Of a stretch of 64,000 nucleotides of DNA, positions 29,131-44,208 are shown piece after piece (positions within the stretch are counted from its first letter, which is position 1; each line of letters begins with the position of its first letter). This DNA comes from Eledone cirrhosa. Lineage: Eukaryota. The stretch covers positions 259,718,001-259,782,000 of the forward strand of contig OZ024742.1 in the NCBI GenBank assembly GCA_964016885.1. Reading direction: 5' to 3'. A program made the translations under genes and the position numbers. The notes beneath the pieces were generated by a model that was given only the letters and a program-made list of their open reading frames with translations, was not told where the DNA came from and did no database searches.

Positions 29131-29591
29131 GGGGAGAGAGAGGGAGAGAGAGAGAGAGAGAGAGATTTTACATACATATTTTTACACAAACACACACACA
29201 CACACATATATAGAGAGAGAGATAGAGGAAGAGAGAGCGAGAAAGTGTGGTAGACATACAGACAGACAAAGAGTGATGCTGTGGAAGAAGTACAATTAAT
29301 ATTGACAACTACTTAGCTAAGGTAGCCGGGGTCCTCACAGTGCAATTACGCTCCATTCATTCCTTAGTTTTCAAAAATTTATTTAGTTAAAATGGCTAAA
29401 AAGACAATTTATCTATTAAGTCTCTTTATAAAATGACGCAACCATAGTAACTCAAATTAGCAGGAAGGTAAGTAGAGTAATGAATGGAGAGACAGACAGA
29501 CACACAGGCGGACGGACGGACAGACAGACAGATAGACAAAGAAACAGGCAGAGAAACGGATATATATATAGATAGAAAGATAGATAGCGAT

Positions 29592-29654
<63 letters not shown>

Positions 29655-29656
29655 TA

Positions 29657-31308
29657 TTTCTTTATTTGCCACAGGGGCGTACAAAAATGGGACATTACAA
29701 GACGTGACGGCGGGGGTTTTACATAAAAATAACTTTAACATTAATAAATAACAATAAACTATATATAATAAAATAACAATTGAAATCGCCAATACATCCC
29801 ATGGATAGAACAACCCTCAACACCAGGAACACGTTTTGTAGGTGTTCCTGTCTTCCCTCTGTTTATTTTCCTCAACCTACAGGTTTATATACAGAGAAGG
29901 CCCATTCACTCGGGCCATTTTCGCCACATTCACCCACCTTTCAGCGAATTTACTGGGGTGTAGCACCTCTCTCTCCACTCACACCTTCCTTCTGAAGTGG
30001 TACTTAAAGAAGGGGATAAGTTGTTGTCCGGAGAGAAAGGTGTTTGCCTTCAGTCCTTTTAACCTCGTCCACCATATTACCTCTTTCGCCACCAGACAGA
30101 GGAAAAACCTCTCCTTCGTTCTTAAATGATGGCGGCGGGGTGATCCTCACGATGAACTCGGCTGACAACTGGATGCGTCCCACACGTGACAACAGCTGTT
30201 TGACATAATTCCACAGGTCGGTCACCCCTAGGCACTGAACAATTGCGTGCAGAACAGTTTCGATGTCCTGCTCGCATCTTGGACAGGTCCTTTTGGCAGG
30301 GTCTCTTCCAGGGCGTCCGTGCCTGTAGATTTTGTCTCGAACTGGTAGAGCTCCTCGGTAGCACTGCCAGGCCAGAGACCTCTGGAAGTTATCCATAGGC
30401 CAAGGAACGGAAAGTCCTCCCAAACAGACTGGTCAGTTCGTCCTCCTCGATGCCTAGAGTTTCCCCGAGAACGTCGTCGCACTTATCCTCCACTAATTCC
30501 CTATAGAATGTCGAAGTGGAGTCTCCGCTGATTGTCGTTTCCGCTTGGTAGAGGGCTGTGAGCGCCTGAAGGCACTCGAGGTGCCAGGCACCCATTTCCG
30601 GTCTTCGCTTGACCCAGGACTGCAGCTCTGTTAGTGAGACGAGTTGTGGAAGAGCTTGTCTCACAAACGACAGCCACACCAGTTCACCGGTCAGGAATAT
30701 CTTGAGATGGCGTAGCCTCAGCACGTGTTTGCGCATCATCAGCCACGGCACGCCCAGCCCTCCGTTGGAAGGGTGTTGACAGCAGATGGATCTCCTCACT
30801 AATGGAGCCTGTTTCTTCCAGAGAAACTTGAAGAGTAGGCGTTCCATTTTGGTAAGGTATTCGCGGGGGCAAGGCACGACTGCCAAGCGGTAGTAGATGA
30901 CGGACGCTATGTAAGTGTTCGCCACCTCCGCTCGACCTTTCAAGGAGAGTTTGCATTCGGCCCACTTCTGGGTGAGCGCAAACACCTTCGGCGTGACATC
31001 GTTTCACTTCTTGTCCACCTGGAGGTCTGGACCAAACCAGACCCCGAGCAATTTCACCGGTCTTTCCGGCCAGCGTCCAACTACACTGTCGGAAGGCATG
31101 GGTTTGCCTCTCCATGTGCCGAGTTGCAAACCCACAGACCTGTTTGGGTTTATTCTTGCTCCTGTCAACGTTTCGTATTCCTGTAATAGGTTGACGATTA
31201 CCCCGATTTCCGAGGTTTTCGACACTATTACGGTTATGTCGTCGACATAGGCCGACGCTGCACTCCGCAGTCCTTGTTCGATCGGGATGCCCTGCAACAG
31301 CTCCAACT
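29657..31308 (-). mobile_element. Tx1-clade LINE, 5'-truncated, frameshifted
   Basis: AYVDDITV (RT), LLGVWFG, NGGLGVP, CPRCEQDIETVLHAIVQC zinc knuckle; 3' end abuts (GATA)n at 29570-29655. Confidence 0.9.
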
Positions 31309-31555
31309 TTTTAGTTTCAGAAGATCCCGTTAAGGGTGAAAGCAGCGATTCTTTGCTTAAACTTTAATCTGTTATTTTAATAAATATTTGCTTTACGGTT
31401 CTTATATATTTGATACATATTTATCCTTATCGAGCCCTCTTTGGATTTTAGTCATCAAATTTATTATTATTACTATATATATATGTGTGTGTATATATAT
31501 ATATATAAATGAAAGGTATAGAAATTGTTTTAGCGAGAAGCTAATAGTATTCTAT

Positions 31556-31604
<49 letters not shown>

Positions 31605-32119
31605 AGGTATATTTGAATGTTATTCTCTCAAATTTGCTCCTTCTATGGAAATGTTCTGTTGTTGATATTGACATTTGTTGGTGGTGATGGTTGTGTTGTT
31701 GATGGTGGTTGTAGTGATGGTGGTGTTGATGATGGTGGTTATGGTGATGGTGGTGTTGTTGGTGGTGGTTATGGTGATGGTTATGGTGATAGTAGTTTTG
31801 TTCTTGTTGTTGTTGTTTGTGATGGTGATGTTGGTGGTGATAGTGGTGTTGGTACTGGTGGTGGTGGTGGTGATGGTGGTGCTGGTACTGGTGGTGATGG
31901 TGATGGTGGTGGTGCTGGTGGTGAAGCTGGCTGTGTTGTTATTTAATTCGGTCTTTACTTTTGTTCAAGTGTATCAACCATATTAACCAGGCTATTACAG
32001 TTCCTAAGATAGAAATTAATTTCTTTCTTTGAAAAGATAAAACGAGATATATAAGTATATGTGGGTGTATGTGTGTGTAAGTTTGTTTGTGTGTCTCTTT
32101 AAATATATCTCTGCGTTTA

Positions 32120-33812
<1,693 letters not shown>

Positions 33813-35659
33813 TGTGCAATAGGGAACTATACTAAATCTTGTTAAGGTTTACTCTACATAGCATAATGATTCCATTCGAAAGAACAATGTTGCTGTTTTA
33901 TAGGATGGTGGTGGTGTTGGTGGTGTTGCTGGTGGTGGTGTTGCTGGTAGTGGTGGTGGTGTTGGTGGTGATGGTGGTGGTGGTTTTGGTGACAGTTGCC
34001 GTTGTTGTTACTGTCATTGATACTGTTGTTGTTGTGGTATTTGTTGTCTTTGTTGTTGTGATGTCGTTGTTGTTATTGTCGTCGTAGCAGCTTCCCCACC
34101 CGACATTATTGTTGATTTTTTTGTTGCTGTTTGTGTTCTTATTATAACTTCTTATTTTGTACTTGATAGCAATCGAAACTTTTGTGACTGATTTTTTCTT
34201 CTTCCATGTTGCTTCTCTGACATACATAAACAGTAGTGTATTGCCGAATGAAGAACGAGATGAGATGTGAGCAAATGCGCTGTTGATCGACTAGACAAAC
34301 TCCAAACTGCTAGTTGAAGCTTCCGTAATATTAGAGATGCATGCCTATAAGTCTACGATTTTAGAAAGGAAGAAAGAGTGTCTAAAATATGAGATGAGAA
34401 ATAAGAGGGTATAGAGAGAGAAGAGGAGAGGAGAAGAGAAAAGGGGGGATGAGATCGATGGAGCAGAGCTTTTGGAGAATTGCGGAAAATAAATAAGAAA
34501 TAATGGAGAAAGGATGAAGAAAGTAAACTCCGCTCAATATGTGATTTTATTTTAACCCGACTTTTCACTATACTTGTAGTAATCAGCTGTTTACAGCTAC
34601 CCATCGAGTTGAGAATCTTACAATATATGAGAATAGGGGACTATAATATTATAACATGTTCGCTTGAGTGTCCACTTCAATTGTTATGTCCCATTACGTT
34701 AAATAAACACCGTAGTGCTAATATTGACGTCAAAATGTATTTTAAGAAGTAACAATTGATTTATATGTTATCACTTTAATAGTTCTGATGATTCCAAATT
34801 TTTGTTTCATTTAATTAATTAAGTAATACTTAATTATATATTTACTCAAAATATGGATGAAACGTTCATTAATTAATTAAAATGAAATATAATTAACCGT
34901 TTGGTCTCGTATTATTATAATATTTATGCTCTATGCGTTATATATTGTTACTTAAATATTTTTAAACATGGATTTATTTCAAATTGAACCTGAATTATTT
35001 TCAGCCTATCTGAATGGTTTATATTGATAAATCTCATATTTCGGACAATAATCCTCTTTTCCTCTATTTTTATGTGTTTTCTTATACGAAAACGAAATTT
35101 ATGAACTCTTACATATATAAGGATCTAATGATTGCGCCTTCACTGAAATTTAACGACAATTTCATAAGCTTCTGTTTACTTCAAAGTGAATGAAATTTTT
35201 TAGTACTTAATTTATCGAACTCGAAAGCAGGAAAAAACAGTTTAATGTCAGCGGGATTACAATTGGGCGGACAAATACCGAGATATTTAATCCGATGCTC
35301 TACCAACTTGCCATCTTAACTTTTGATAACAAACTTCCTGAAACAGCCCCTGGTTCTATAATACAATTCTGTTTGCTTTGAAGTGTTTATATTTATCTAA
35401 TGTTTTTTTGTTGTTGATTTTCTTTTGGACAATTTGAATATGAAATGTATTGCATTGATAAAGGACATTACACAAATATTTGTAAAGTTCAAGTAGATGT
35501 TAATGTAATAACTGGCACAAGTGAGAAATTCACAATTAAATAAAATTTGCCTCCAAGGAAAAGGGGAGATAATTTCGAGGAATATGAGACAAAAGATAAA
35601 AACAAAATTAAATAATTGTTTCTACTTTAGGCACAAGAAAATTAAATAATAACAATAGG

Positions 35660-36460
35660 GAGAGAGGTAAAGAAAGGGAGATCTGGTCAGCGACACCCAC
35701 TACAACAGCCACTCCACCTCGCTTACTCCTTCCTTTGACGGGTTTCTGAAGTTCAATTTTACGGAGGGACTTAGCAGTACGGGGTCCCAGGACGCCTGAG
35801 GTCTCGACGGCGACCGGTGCGATGAGGAAGCGACCGGTTAAGCCCCGGTATTTGCTTGTCTTTCTGTCCTTTGCATTGCGTGGTTTGTCGTCTAAGCGAC
35901 TAAGCTGGAGGCGGAGAACGTGTCACAGCATGTGGTGGCGTTATAGGTGATCCCTTCTTCGAATAGGAAGATGGTTATTCCGTCGGAGCGCTTGAGGTCG
36001 AGGTCTGCTGTCTCCAGTTGTGATGGGAAGCCAGCTACATTCAAGCTCATTCTCAATATGTCGTTGAGAGCGGCATGTCGGGGAAACTGGTCTGCGCTCT
36101 GGTGGCATGACAGTGGGTGCAGGCCAAGCTCAACAACGACAGCCCTACAACTGCGATGGGGCGGACGCCTCCGTCATTCTTCCTCAGAGCTGTCAAACTG
36201 GCCGAGAAGAAAAAATCGTAGGCATGGCAAGGCAAGTTGGCATGGGGATGACAGTTGGTGAGGGCTGTAATCGACTAGAGAAATCATTCTCCTGCCTCAG
36301 CAGCGTGAGGCAAGATAAGGTCTCTGGCTGGGGTGGCCGTGACGCAGGCCGTCCACTCTGGCACTGCTGTTCCTTGGGAAGGATCTCGTGGTAGCTACTA
36401 CGTCCTCACTTGACGCAGTCAGGAAAAGATTACTTGTCGGGGATAGGACAAACTATTTCA
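35660..36460 (-). mobile_element. CRE-like RLE retrotransposon remnant with large internal deletion
   Basis: FFSASLTALRKNDGGVRPIAV (RT N-terminus) joined almost directly to HPLSC..PRHAALNDIL..KRSDGIT..KY..PVAVETSGVLG (zinc knuckle end plus RLE). Confidence 0.75.
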
Positions 36461-37232
36461 TCATAATTTTATGTAAGAAACTTTTGTTATGTTCCAAACA
36501 TTAGTTTAATAACAACAGTTATATTACTAAACACTTCCAAATCCGTGATTAGTTTCAAAATTATTTGAAAATCATGAATAACACCAGATATATGGGAGCG
36601 AATAAATAAAAGTGTTTATATGTACCATCATAACTTCTGTTATGCTCAGAACACTAGTTTAATAATGAGTAAATTGGTTGTATTAATAAATCTCTTCAGA
36701 TTCTTCCTTATTTTCAAAATGATATGATTGACAAAGCAGTGTATTTTATTAGAAAGATGGTAAGGAATGGGTTGAATAAATAAATAAATAAATAAATAGA
36801 GTTTGCTCAGATATTCATTACTACAGCAGTAATATTTGTTTTGGATGTCTATAATGAAGCAACATCCTTCCCCCAAAATACATTATTCTTGATCATGGCT
36901 CACTATTAGATGATGTTTGATAGAACCAGTTAAACAACATACACAAAAAAATATATAAAACACATATATAAGAAACAGAAATAAATTTAAAAACACATTC
37001 CTAGCCTCTGTCAGATTCGTAGATTTTGTAATGTTGACAACGGTAAATGAGGCACCAAGCACACACACACACACGTGTGTGTGTGTGTGTGTGTGTGTGT
37101 AAACATATACATATATGCACATGTGTGTGTATTTAAATATATATACATATATGTGTGTATATTTATATATATATATATATATATATTTATGAGGGGGTAC
37201 ACATATATATATATGTGTGTGTCTATGTGTGC

Positions 37233-37268
<36 letters not shown>

Positions 37269-37278
37269 GCACGCATAG

Positions 37279-37328
<50 letters not shown>

Positions 37329-37666
37329 ACCCCCTCATATATATATATGGGGGAGGTACAAAATGATGGAGTGAAGGCAGTGGAACTGTATATAGCCAGA
37401 TTCTGATGATGATGATGATGGGGGTGATAGTTGGGAGACGATGAAACACAGATATACTTACGATGTGTACCTGTCAATATGTAAAGTCATGTATATTGTC
37501 TGCTTTTTTTTTGTTTTTTGTTTTTTGTTAATTTATTGCGATGTTAATAAACGCCTAGTCACGCAATATGCACTTCAGTGTAAACATAGTGTAATTCGTG
37601 TCGTCTAGATGATTGGCTGGCTACTTGGTTGTGTGTGTTCTGATATTGTAATAGTAGGGCCTGTTT

Positions 37667-37924
37667 CAGGGCGGTGGAAGCATTTCTAAATTGGGTGGGG
37701 GGGGGGGAGCAATTTGCTCAATTTAGTCGTAGTGATTAGTTTGGCTGTTATTATCAAATATCAAGCAAGATATATAAAACTTCGATATGCGATAAACATA
37801 AGATGCACATAAGTTGTAGCGCATATACAAATAGATGTATGTTTTTGTAGTTTGGGGAGAAAAAAGTAATTACAGGGGGGGGGCATGTCGCCCTGACACC
37901 CGCCCCCCAGTTCCGCCGCCCCAG
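37667..37924. mobile_element. Possible non-autonomous DNA transposon with GC-rich TIRs
   Basis: cagggcggtggaa ... ttccgccgccccag with poly-G subterminal blocks; no clear TSD. Confidence 0.45.
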
Positions 37925-38499
37925 GTTGTTGCTGGTCAGTTAAGGATGGAGGGATGAATAGCGGGATGTATGGATAGTTAGGTGGATGGAGGGACTGCTA
38001 AGTGGACGGAAGGATGAATAGAGGGATAACGCCTAGGATACTTCTTTATCTGTGTTTTCTGTAACTGATATCGTAGTAGATGGGCATGTTGATCCTGGTG
38101 TGTTTATGACGGAAGGTTAAAAAGAAGTATAGATGAATGGATGGATAGATAGATAGATGGGTGGATGGATGTATGGATAGAATGTTTAGGTAGATTTATA
38201 TATTAAAAAGTAGAGTAGGGTGAGATCATTATATTTGCTTCCAGCTCGTGCTTTTTCTTTTTCTTTCATTTTTCTTTTTTTATTTTATTTATTTGCCACT
38301 GCAGCCCTGACACGGAAAATGACAAGCAAGACTATTTCGAAAACACACATAGGAATATTCGTATATGATCGGGTATGTGAAATTCTGCATATGTATGTTA
38401 CGTTTTGTATTTGAGATTTAAGTTCTTTTTTGCAGAATTTAAGCTGGTCACTGATAAAGAGAAAAGGATTTTTATATTATTCTTTTTCATTTATTTGTG

Positions 38500-38770
38500 T
38501 GAAGGCCAATGGGGGATGCGATTTTGAGGCATGAATTCCATTCCCATGGGTGCGTTATGTTCTTGAGCAAGATATTTCATTTTACATTTGTCCAGTGCAG
38601 TCAATTAAAAAAAAATGAGTTGTACCTGTAACTGAAAGGACCAATGTTGTCACATTAAATTTCCTTGAGAAATGCGTTTAGCGTACACGTGTTTGTGAGT
38701 TGCTCGTTAATTTCAGTTAATTTCAGTTGTTCAAACAAATGGAACACTTGTCATCGGAACTGAAGGATGT
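38500..38770 (+). mobile_element. SINE family B (diverged)
   Basis: gttcttgagcaagatattt...tgagttgtacctgtaa...tacacgtgt. Confidence 0.6.
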
Positions 38771-38804
38771 CCAGCATTAAGTTGTTGTATTAGAAATAAA
38801 TGAG

Positions 38805-39470
38805 TTCAGTTACTATGAGTTCAGATACTCTACTCCAGTTAGTGTGAGGTCAGATACTCTACTCCAGTTAATGTGAGGCCAGATACTCTACTCCAGTTAG
38901 TGTGAGGCCAGATACTCTACTCCAGTTACTATAAGGCCAGATACTCTACTCCGGTTAGCGTGAGGCCAGATACTCTACTCCAGTAGTGTGAGGCCAGATA
39001 CTCTACTCCAGTTACTATAAGGCCAGATACTCTACTCCGGTTAGCGTGAGGCCAGATACTCTACTCCAGTAGTGTGAGGCCAAATACTCTACTCCAGTAC
39101 TGTGAGGCCAGATACTCTACTCCGGTTACTGTGAGGCCAGATACTCTACTCCAGTTAGTGTAAGGCCAGATACTCCATTCCAGTTACTGTGAGACCAGAT
39201 ACTCCATTCCAGTTACTGTGAGACCAGATACTCCATTCCAGTTACTGTGAGGCCAGATACTCCACTCCAGTTACTGTGAGGTCAGATATTGCACTCCACT
39301 CCACTTACTTTGAGGCCAGATATTATACTCCACTCCAGTTATTTTGAGGCCAGATACTCCACTCCAGTTACTGTAAGCTGGGGTCCTCCAATACTGTTAC
39401 TGTGAAGCCAGATGGTGTGCTCCCCTTGACTCCAATTACTGTGAGGTTAGGTATTACACTCGACTCCAGT
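38805..39470. repeat. 29-bp minisatellite
   Basis: Unit about tgtgaggccagatactctactccagttac; cagatac at 38822, 38851, 38880; decays rightwards. Confidence 0.92.
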
Positions 39471-39539
39471 TCATCAAAGCAATTGATTTTGATTGAACTC
39501 ATCGTGCCATTTAAAACTAGAAGCAGCTGACATATTTAA

Positions 39540-40144
39540 GACCAAGACATATGCCAGTCTCTCGGGGCCGTGTTCACAAATGATGGAAGGCATGAGGCTG
39601 AATTGAGTGCAAGAATGACTGGGGCAGTAATGTGCCAGCTTCAACATTCAGTAAACAGAGGAAGAGATGAGGGTGCAAAGGCCAAACTCGCTGTCTTCAA
39701 TTCGGTATTCGTGCCAACCCTTACCTATGGTCATGAATCTTGAGTAATGACCGAAAGAATATGATCGCGAATACAAGCTGCTGAGATAGGGTTCCTCCGA
39801 AGGGTCTTTGGTGTAACGTTACTCGATAGAGTGCGTAGCTCGGAGATCAGAGAGTCACTCCAGGTAGAGCCGTTACTTCTCCGAATTGAGAGATCACAGC
39901 TCCGATACTATGGAAATATGGTTAGAATGTCACAGGAAAGAATTGCTGGACAGATTTCACGGGCAAAACCAGCCAGCACGAGACCCCAAGCAAGATGGTT
40001 GCTTCTGACAGGACCCGCTGGAAAAAGTGTTTGAGAACCCTGCTCCCACATCCCACTCAGGAATAAGTGGGCGAAGAAGAAGAAGAAGAAGAAGAAGAAG
40101 AAGAAGAAGAAGAAGAAGAAGAAGAAGAAGAAGAAGAAGAAGAA
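39540..40144 (+). mobile_element. RTE-clade LINE 3' part with (GAA)n tail
   Basis: KLAVFNSVFVPTLTYGHES*VMT..IQAAEIGFLRRVFGVTLLDRVRSSEIRESLQVEPLLLRIERSQLRYYG; in-frame stops; (GAA)n from about 40073. Confidence 0.85.
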
Positions 40145-40499
40145 ATGCATATATATATATATATATATATACAGTATATATATATATATATATATATATA
40201 TAACTTCAAAAGGTTAAATTTATATTACGTGAGACTCAACTGATTCTGTGTGTGAGAGTATATACGTGTATGTATGTGTGCGGGTGTGAATGTGTGTATG
40301 TATGTGTGTGTATGTTTGTGAAAGTGTATGGGTGTGTATGCGTGTATGTGTGGTAATGTATGTGGATGCGTGTATGTGGGTGAGATTGTATGAGTTTCTG
40401 TGTGTTTGCTTGGTTTCCTTTTTTCTTTCCCATGCTGAAACTTGAAACGCTTGAAGCAATGGAATAGAAAGAAGAAATTAAATAACTCAATAATGTTAT

Positions 40500-40785
40500 T
40501 GTTGGAACGACGACTCTTTCAGTTGTTTCAATGAATTTAACACTGTTAGTGAGTAGGTATTCTACAAACTCGTGTTCCCTTAACGGCGTTCTCGGGGAGA
40601 TGATGTATGTTAAAATGTGTATCAAGGCTGGTCCTTTCAATTACAGATACCTCTCATATGTTCCAGCTGAGTGGACGGGAACTTCGGGAAATATAGACAC
40701 AGCGTGCACAACATGATTGAAATTGAACTTATGGCCTTACATTAGTGTGCCTACCATCATAATCTCTACGCTACGCACCTTCAAA
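40500..40785 (-). mobile_element. SINE family B (diverged)
   Basis: cccttaacg..gttctcggggagat...gctgagtggac on the reverse strand. Confidence 0.6.
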
Positions 40786-42875
40786 CACATTAACATATTA
40801 ACATACACATACTCACATATATTAACATATTAACATACACATACTCACATATATAATTCTGTTGAGCAGCTGATGAAATTCCGTTTTGTGGGAAAGGTTT
40901 ACTCAATGGTTTTTTTATGCTGAGTCCCTAATCACTGAGCCACATGCATACATATACATGATGTATGTTTGATTGATAAAGTGTCATCTTTTTTTATTAT
41001 GAGTGAACCATCGTTAAATTTTTACGAATATATTGATGCTCGTGTAGAAATAGCCCCGTGACCTTATGATCTTTTTATGACCATCTATGGGAGCCATTCA
41101 CAAAAGGTTTGTGTAATTGCTAAGGTTGTTTGAAACCTGTCTGAATTTATTTCTCTTGATCCTATTCTCTCCGTAGACAACACTTCGTATTCATTGACTT
41201 TCAAATGGCTCCGTTTGTAACCTTTACTTGCCAATCAGCCTTTGATTAACCGGCTATTCATTGCTTAAAAAGCTTTATGGCAGTCGTTCGAGCTTCTTTG
41301 CAAGCCTTGTCGGCTTTTGTAGATTATAAATCAAAATGATTGATTGAAAATTGTTAAAGACATAATCATTTGGAATGCGAAAAATTTTACGATATTTTTC
41401 TGCCTGTGAAGTCAGTCATTGCGAAAACTGGATAAACGATATTATTAGAAACGGTAAGATACTACATTGACTGCAAAGAGATGATTAGAATATCGGTAAA
41501 AATATCTCCAGAGAAAGAGGGGAGGAGATGGAAGATCAAACAGATGAAAGACGTTTTTAAAATGAAATATTCTGAAAGCAAAACTTGAAGCAATTCGTAT
41601 AGTTTATAATGGTTTCTAATGGTTCTCTGTCTAGACTCTGGCTCATATATTCAATCAGATTCTGGAATATAACTTATATTGAATTAATAATTAGGAACAT
41701 AATATTCTGCTTATACTAAAAAGCGGATATATGTTTCAACTAACCGCGTATGAATAGTCTGAATTTGTAAGATGCCATTGTAAAGTTTATCGTCGAGTAA
41801 AGTTTCAAGACAGACTGATAGGGAGGTAACTCGCCTTTTCGAGTCGTATCGGTGGGTAATGCAAGTTAATGGAATAAGCGTCAATTATCAAGTTTCCTTT
41901 CAGTGTTTCCAGCATATACCCATGGCGGTAAATTGACAAAGTCGTTAGCAAGTCGAACAGAATGTCTTGCGAGATTCACTCTGGCTCTCTATTTTCATTA
42001 GTTGATATCTCGCCTTGGTCGACTTTTTGCTTTTCGTGGTCGATGAATGAAGTACCAGTCGAGAACTGTAGTTGATTATTCTTTCTCTCTCACTTTCTCT
42101 CACTCTCTCTCCCATTCTCTCACCCTCTCTCTCTACATATCTATCTATGAAAGAAGGAAATCGGTTATGGTCAAACCTGGATAGAAATTGAAGTTTAAAT
42201 GCCCAACACACACATCATATATCACAGCAGTGACCCTACGATACTATCAGGAGTTCAGGGTTCATGCAGATGATGGCTAGAACGTATATCTGTGTCTACC
42301 TATCAGTCTTATGTGCAGGTAGCTGAGAGTTATCTACCTCAGTTTACAATACAAAAAAAAAACAGATACGAATTGTGAATATTAGACTGACAGTACAAGA
42401 GTCTATTGCCTTATCCACCTGTTAAGACACTAATGATTTAAATGATTTAGAAAAATAGAGAAATCTTTATGTCGGATTTTTTTTTATTTTATTCATTGAC
42501 TAATACTGTTCTTGTTTTATGTCACCATAAATATTTCTTGTTAGGATTTTGATGCTGTATTACATAATAGACCCACCATTGGCTTCAACAGCTAGTGAAA
42601 GATCATATGAGAGGCTGAGTATTCTACAGACACGTGTGCCCTTAACGTAATTCTCGGGGAGATTTAGCATAACATAGCATGTAAATTACCGGTACATCTC
42701 ATCCGATGAGCTTCTAAACAATTTCCTTCAACTAAATTTCACTTACAAGACTATGTATGGTAAATGACAATTCTCCAAGAATGTAAACCATAAGGTCGAA
42801 CCCATGACCTAATGAGTGTGAAACGAACCTCATCTCTATTTGGCTATGCTACGTCTACATTACTACTCCAAATAG

Positions 42876-43100
42876 GGCGGCGGATTAGCAGAATTGGTAG
42901 AGCGTCGGTCACCATGCATCGTGGCATAGAGTTACGCCCCTTTACGTTCTGAGTTCAAATCCCGCCGAGGTTAGCTTTGTCTTTCATCCTTATGAAATCG
43001 ATAAAATAAAGTACCCGTAACGTACTGTGGTCGATTTAATCGACTCCCCCTCCACCCCCCATAAAAAGATTGTTGGCCGTGTACCTAAATCAGAAACCTT
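42876..43100 (+). mobile_element. SINE family A (long form) among decayed B/C fragments (42610-43280)
   Basis: Full head, core and gtcgatttaatcgactccccc segment; ends cctaaatcagaaacc. Confidence 0.85.
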
Positions 43101-44208
43101 AACTTACTTCAAATTATCAAAGTGTGCCACAGTGTCTGACAAGGCTGGTCCTCTGAATTCCAGGTACAGTCCATCCGATAGGCTTCCAAATAGTTTCTGT
43201 CCAATTTCATTCACATACTTGACCAGAGAGTATGGTAACTGAAACTTGCTCAAGATACTATGCAGTGGTCTAGATCCCAGGATCTGATTATTGCTGCTTC
43301 TTAATAGGCGGAATTTAGTTCTATGTCTATTTAGTTCCAAGAACGATGTCTACTTTGTCTCAACAGGACACTAGCTATAATTTTCGTCAGACGTATGATC
43401 TTAGTTGTTCCTTTTTAAATTTCAAATTATATTGACAACATATCAATAAAAATCAATATTGTTTACATAAAGGAGAGAGGTTGTATTATTGATTGAATCA
43501 TTATAGTATTACTAGATATTCCTCTGCCAATATAATGGTTTTTAGTACTTTCAAACAGCAACATTCATTTTGCCGTTGTCAAACAATATTAATACTAGCT
43601 GGAAAGTTCCGGCTCTTTAGCCACGCAACACTCCTCTCTTTAACTATCTTTCAACAATTAATGGAGACATTCGACTAAATCAATAAGAGCCATCTAATAA
43701 ATACACATGTTTAACCATTAAATGACTTTGACCTTTTCTTTGTGCTCGGCTTGTGAATTTCTTTCACATAATCTGGGTATTTAGCGCTCTAGGATAGCAC
43801 TGCAATGTATGTCTCTTTTTCCAAATGATGCGCCTTATTCTAGCCAAATTAAATAATTTTAACTTACAGTTCGGCAAGCTGACAAACATAATTAATGACA
43901 AGTTTGGCTCTAATGAGACTAAGAAAATACTAACATTACATTTTCCACTACACAGTTTATACTCGCCCACGCCAAATCATATTACAGGCCATAACTACAT
44001 ACGACCCCTTGCACTGCTTCGTATATTTCCAGAAAACAACTTCGCGAGAGACATATCCATATAGCTTTGTCTGTCCAACCACACATATATAGTAATTACT
44101 ATGTTTATTATATTTATTGCATCTTATGTGCAAGCCCTTGTGGCTAATAAAAACGTTGTTGTTGCTATTGTTTTGGGGAAGGAAAAAACAATGTATTTAT
44201 TTGGGCAG

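Noticed and set aside
31290-31310. Shared truncation point with the 44209 copy near LELLQGIP
   Set aside because: Only two copies, about 20 nt apart, from different subfamilies; compatible with chance.
40868-40905. CTGATGA..GAAA candidates here, at about 7645 and at 27780
   Set aside because: Closing stems or the cleavage triplet are not convincingly formed.
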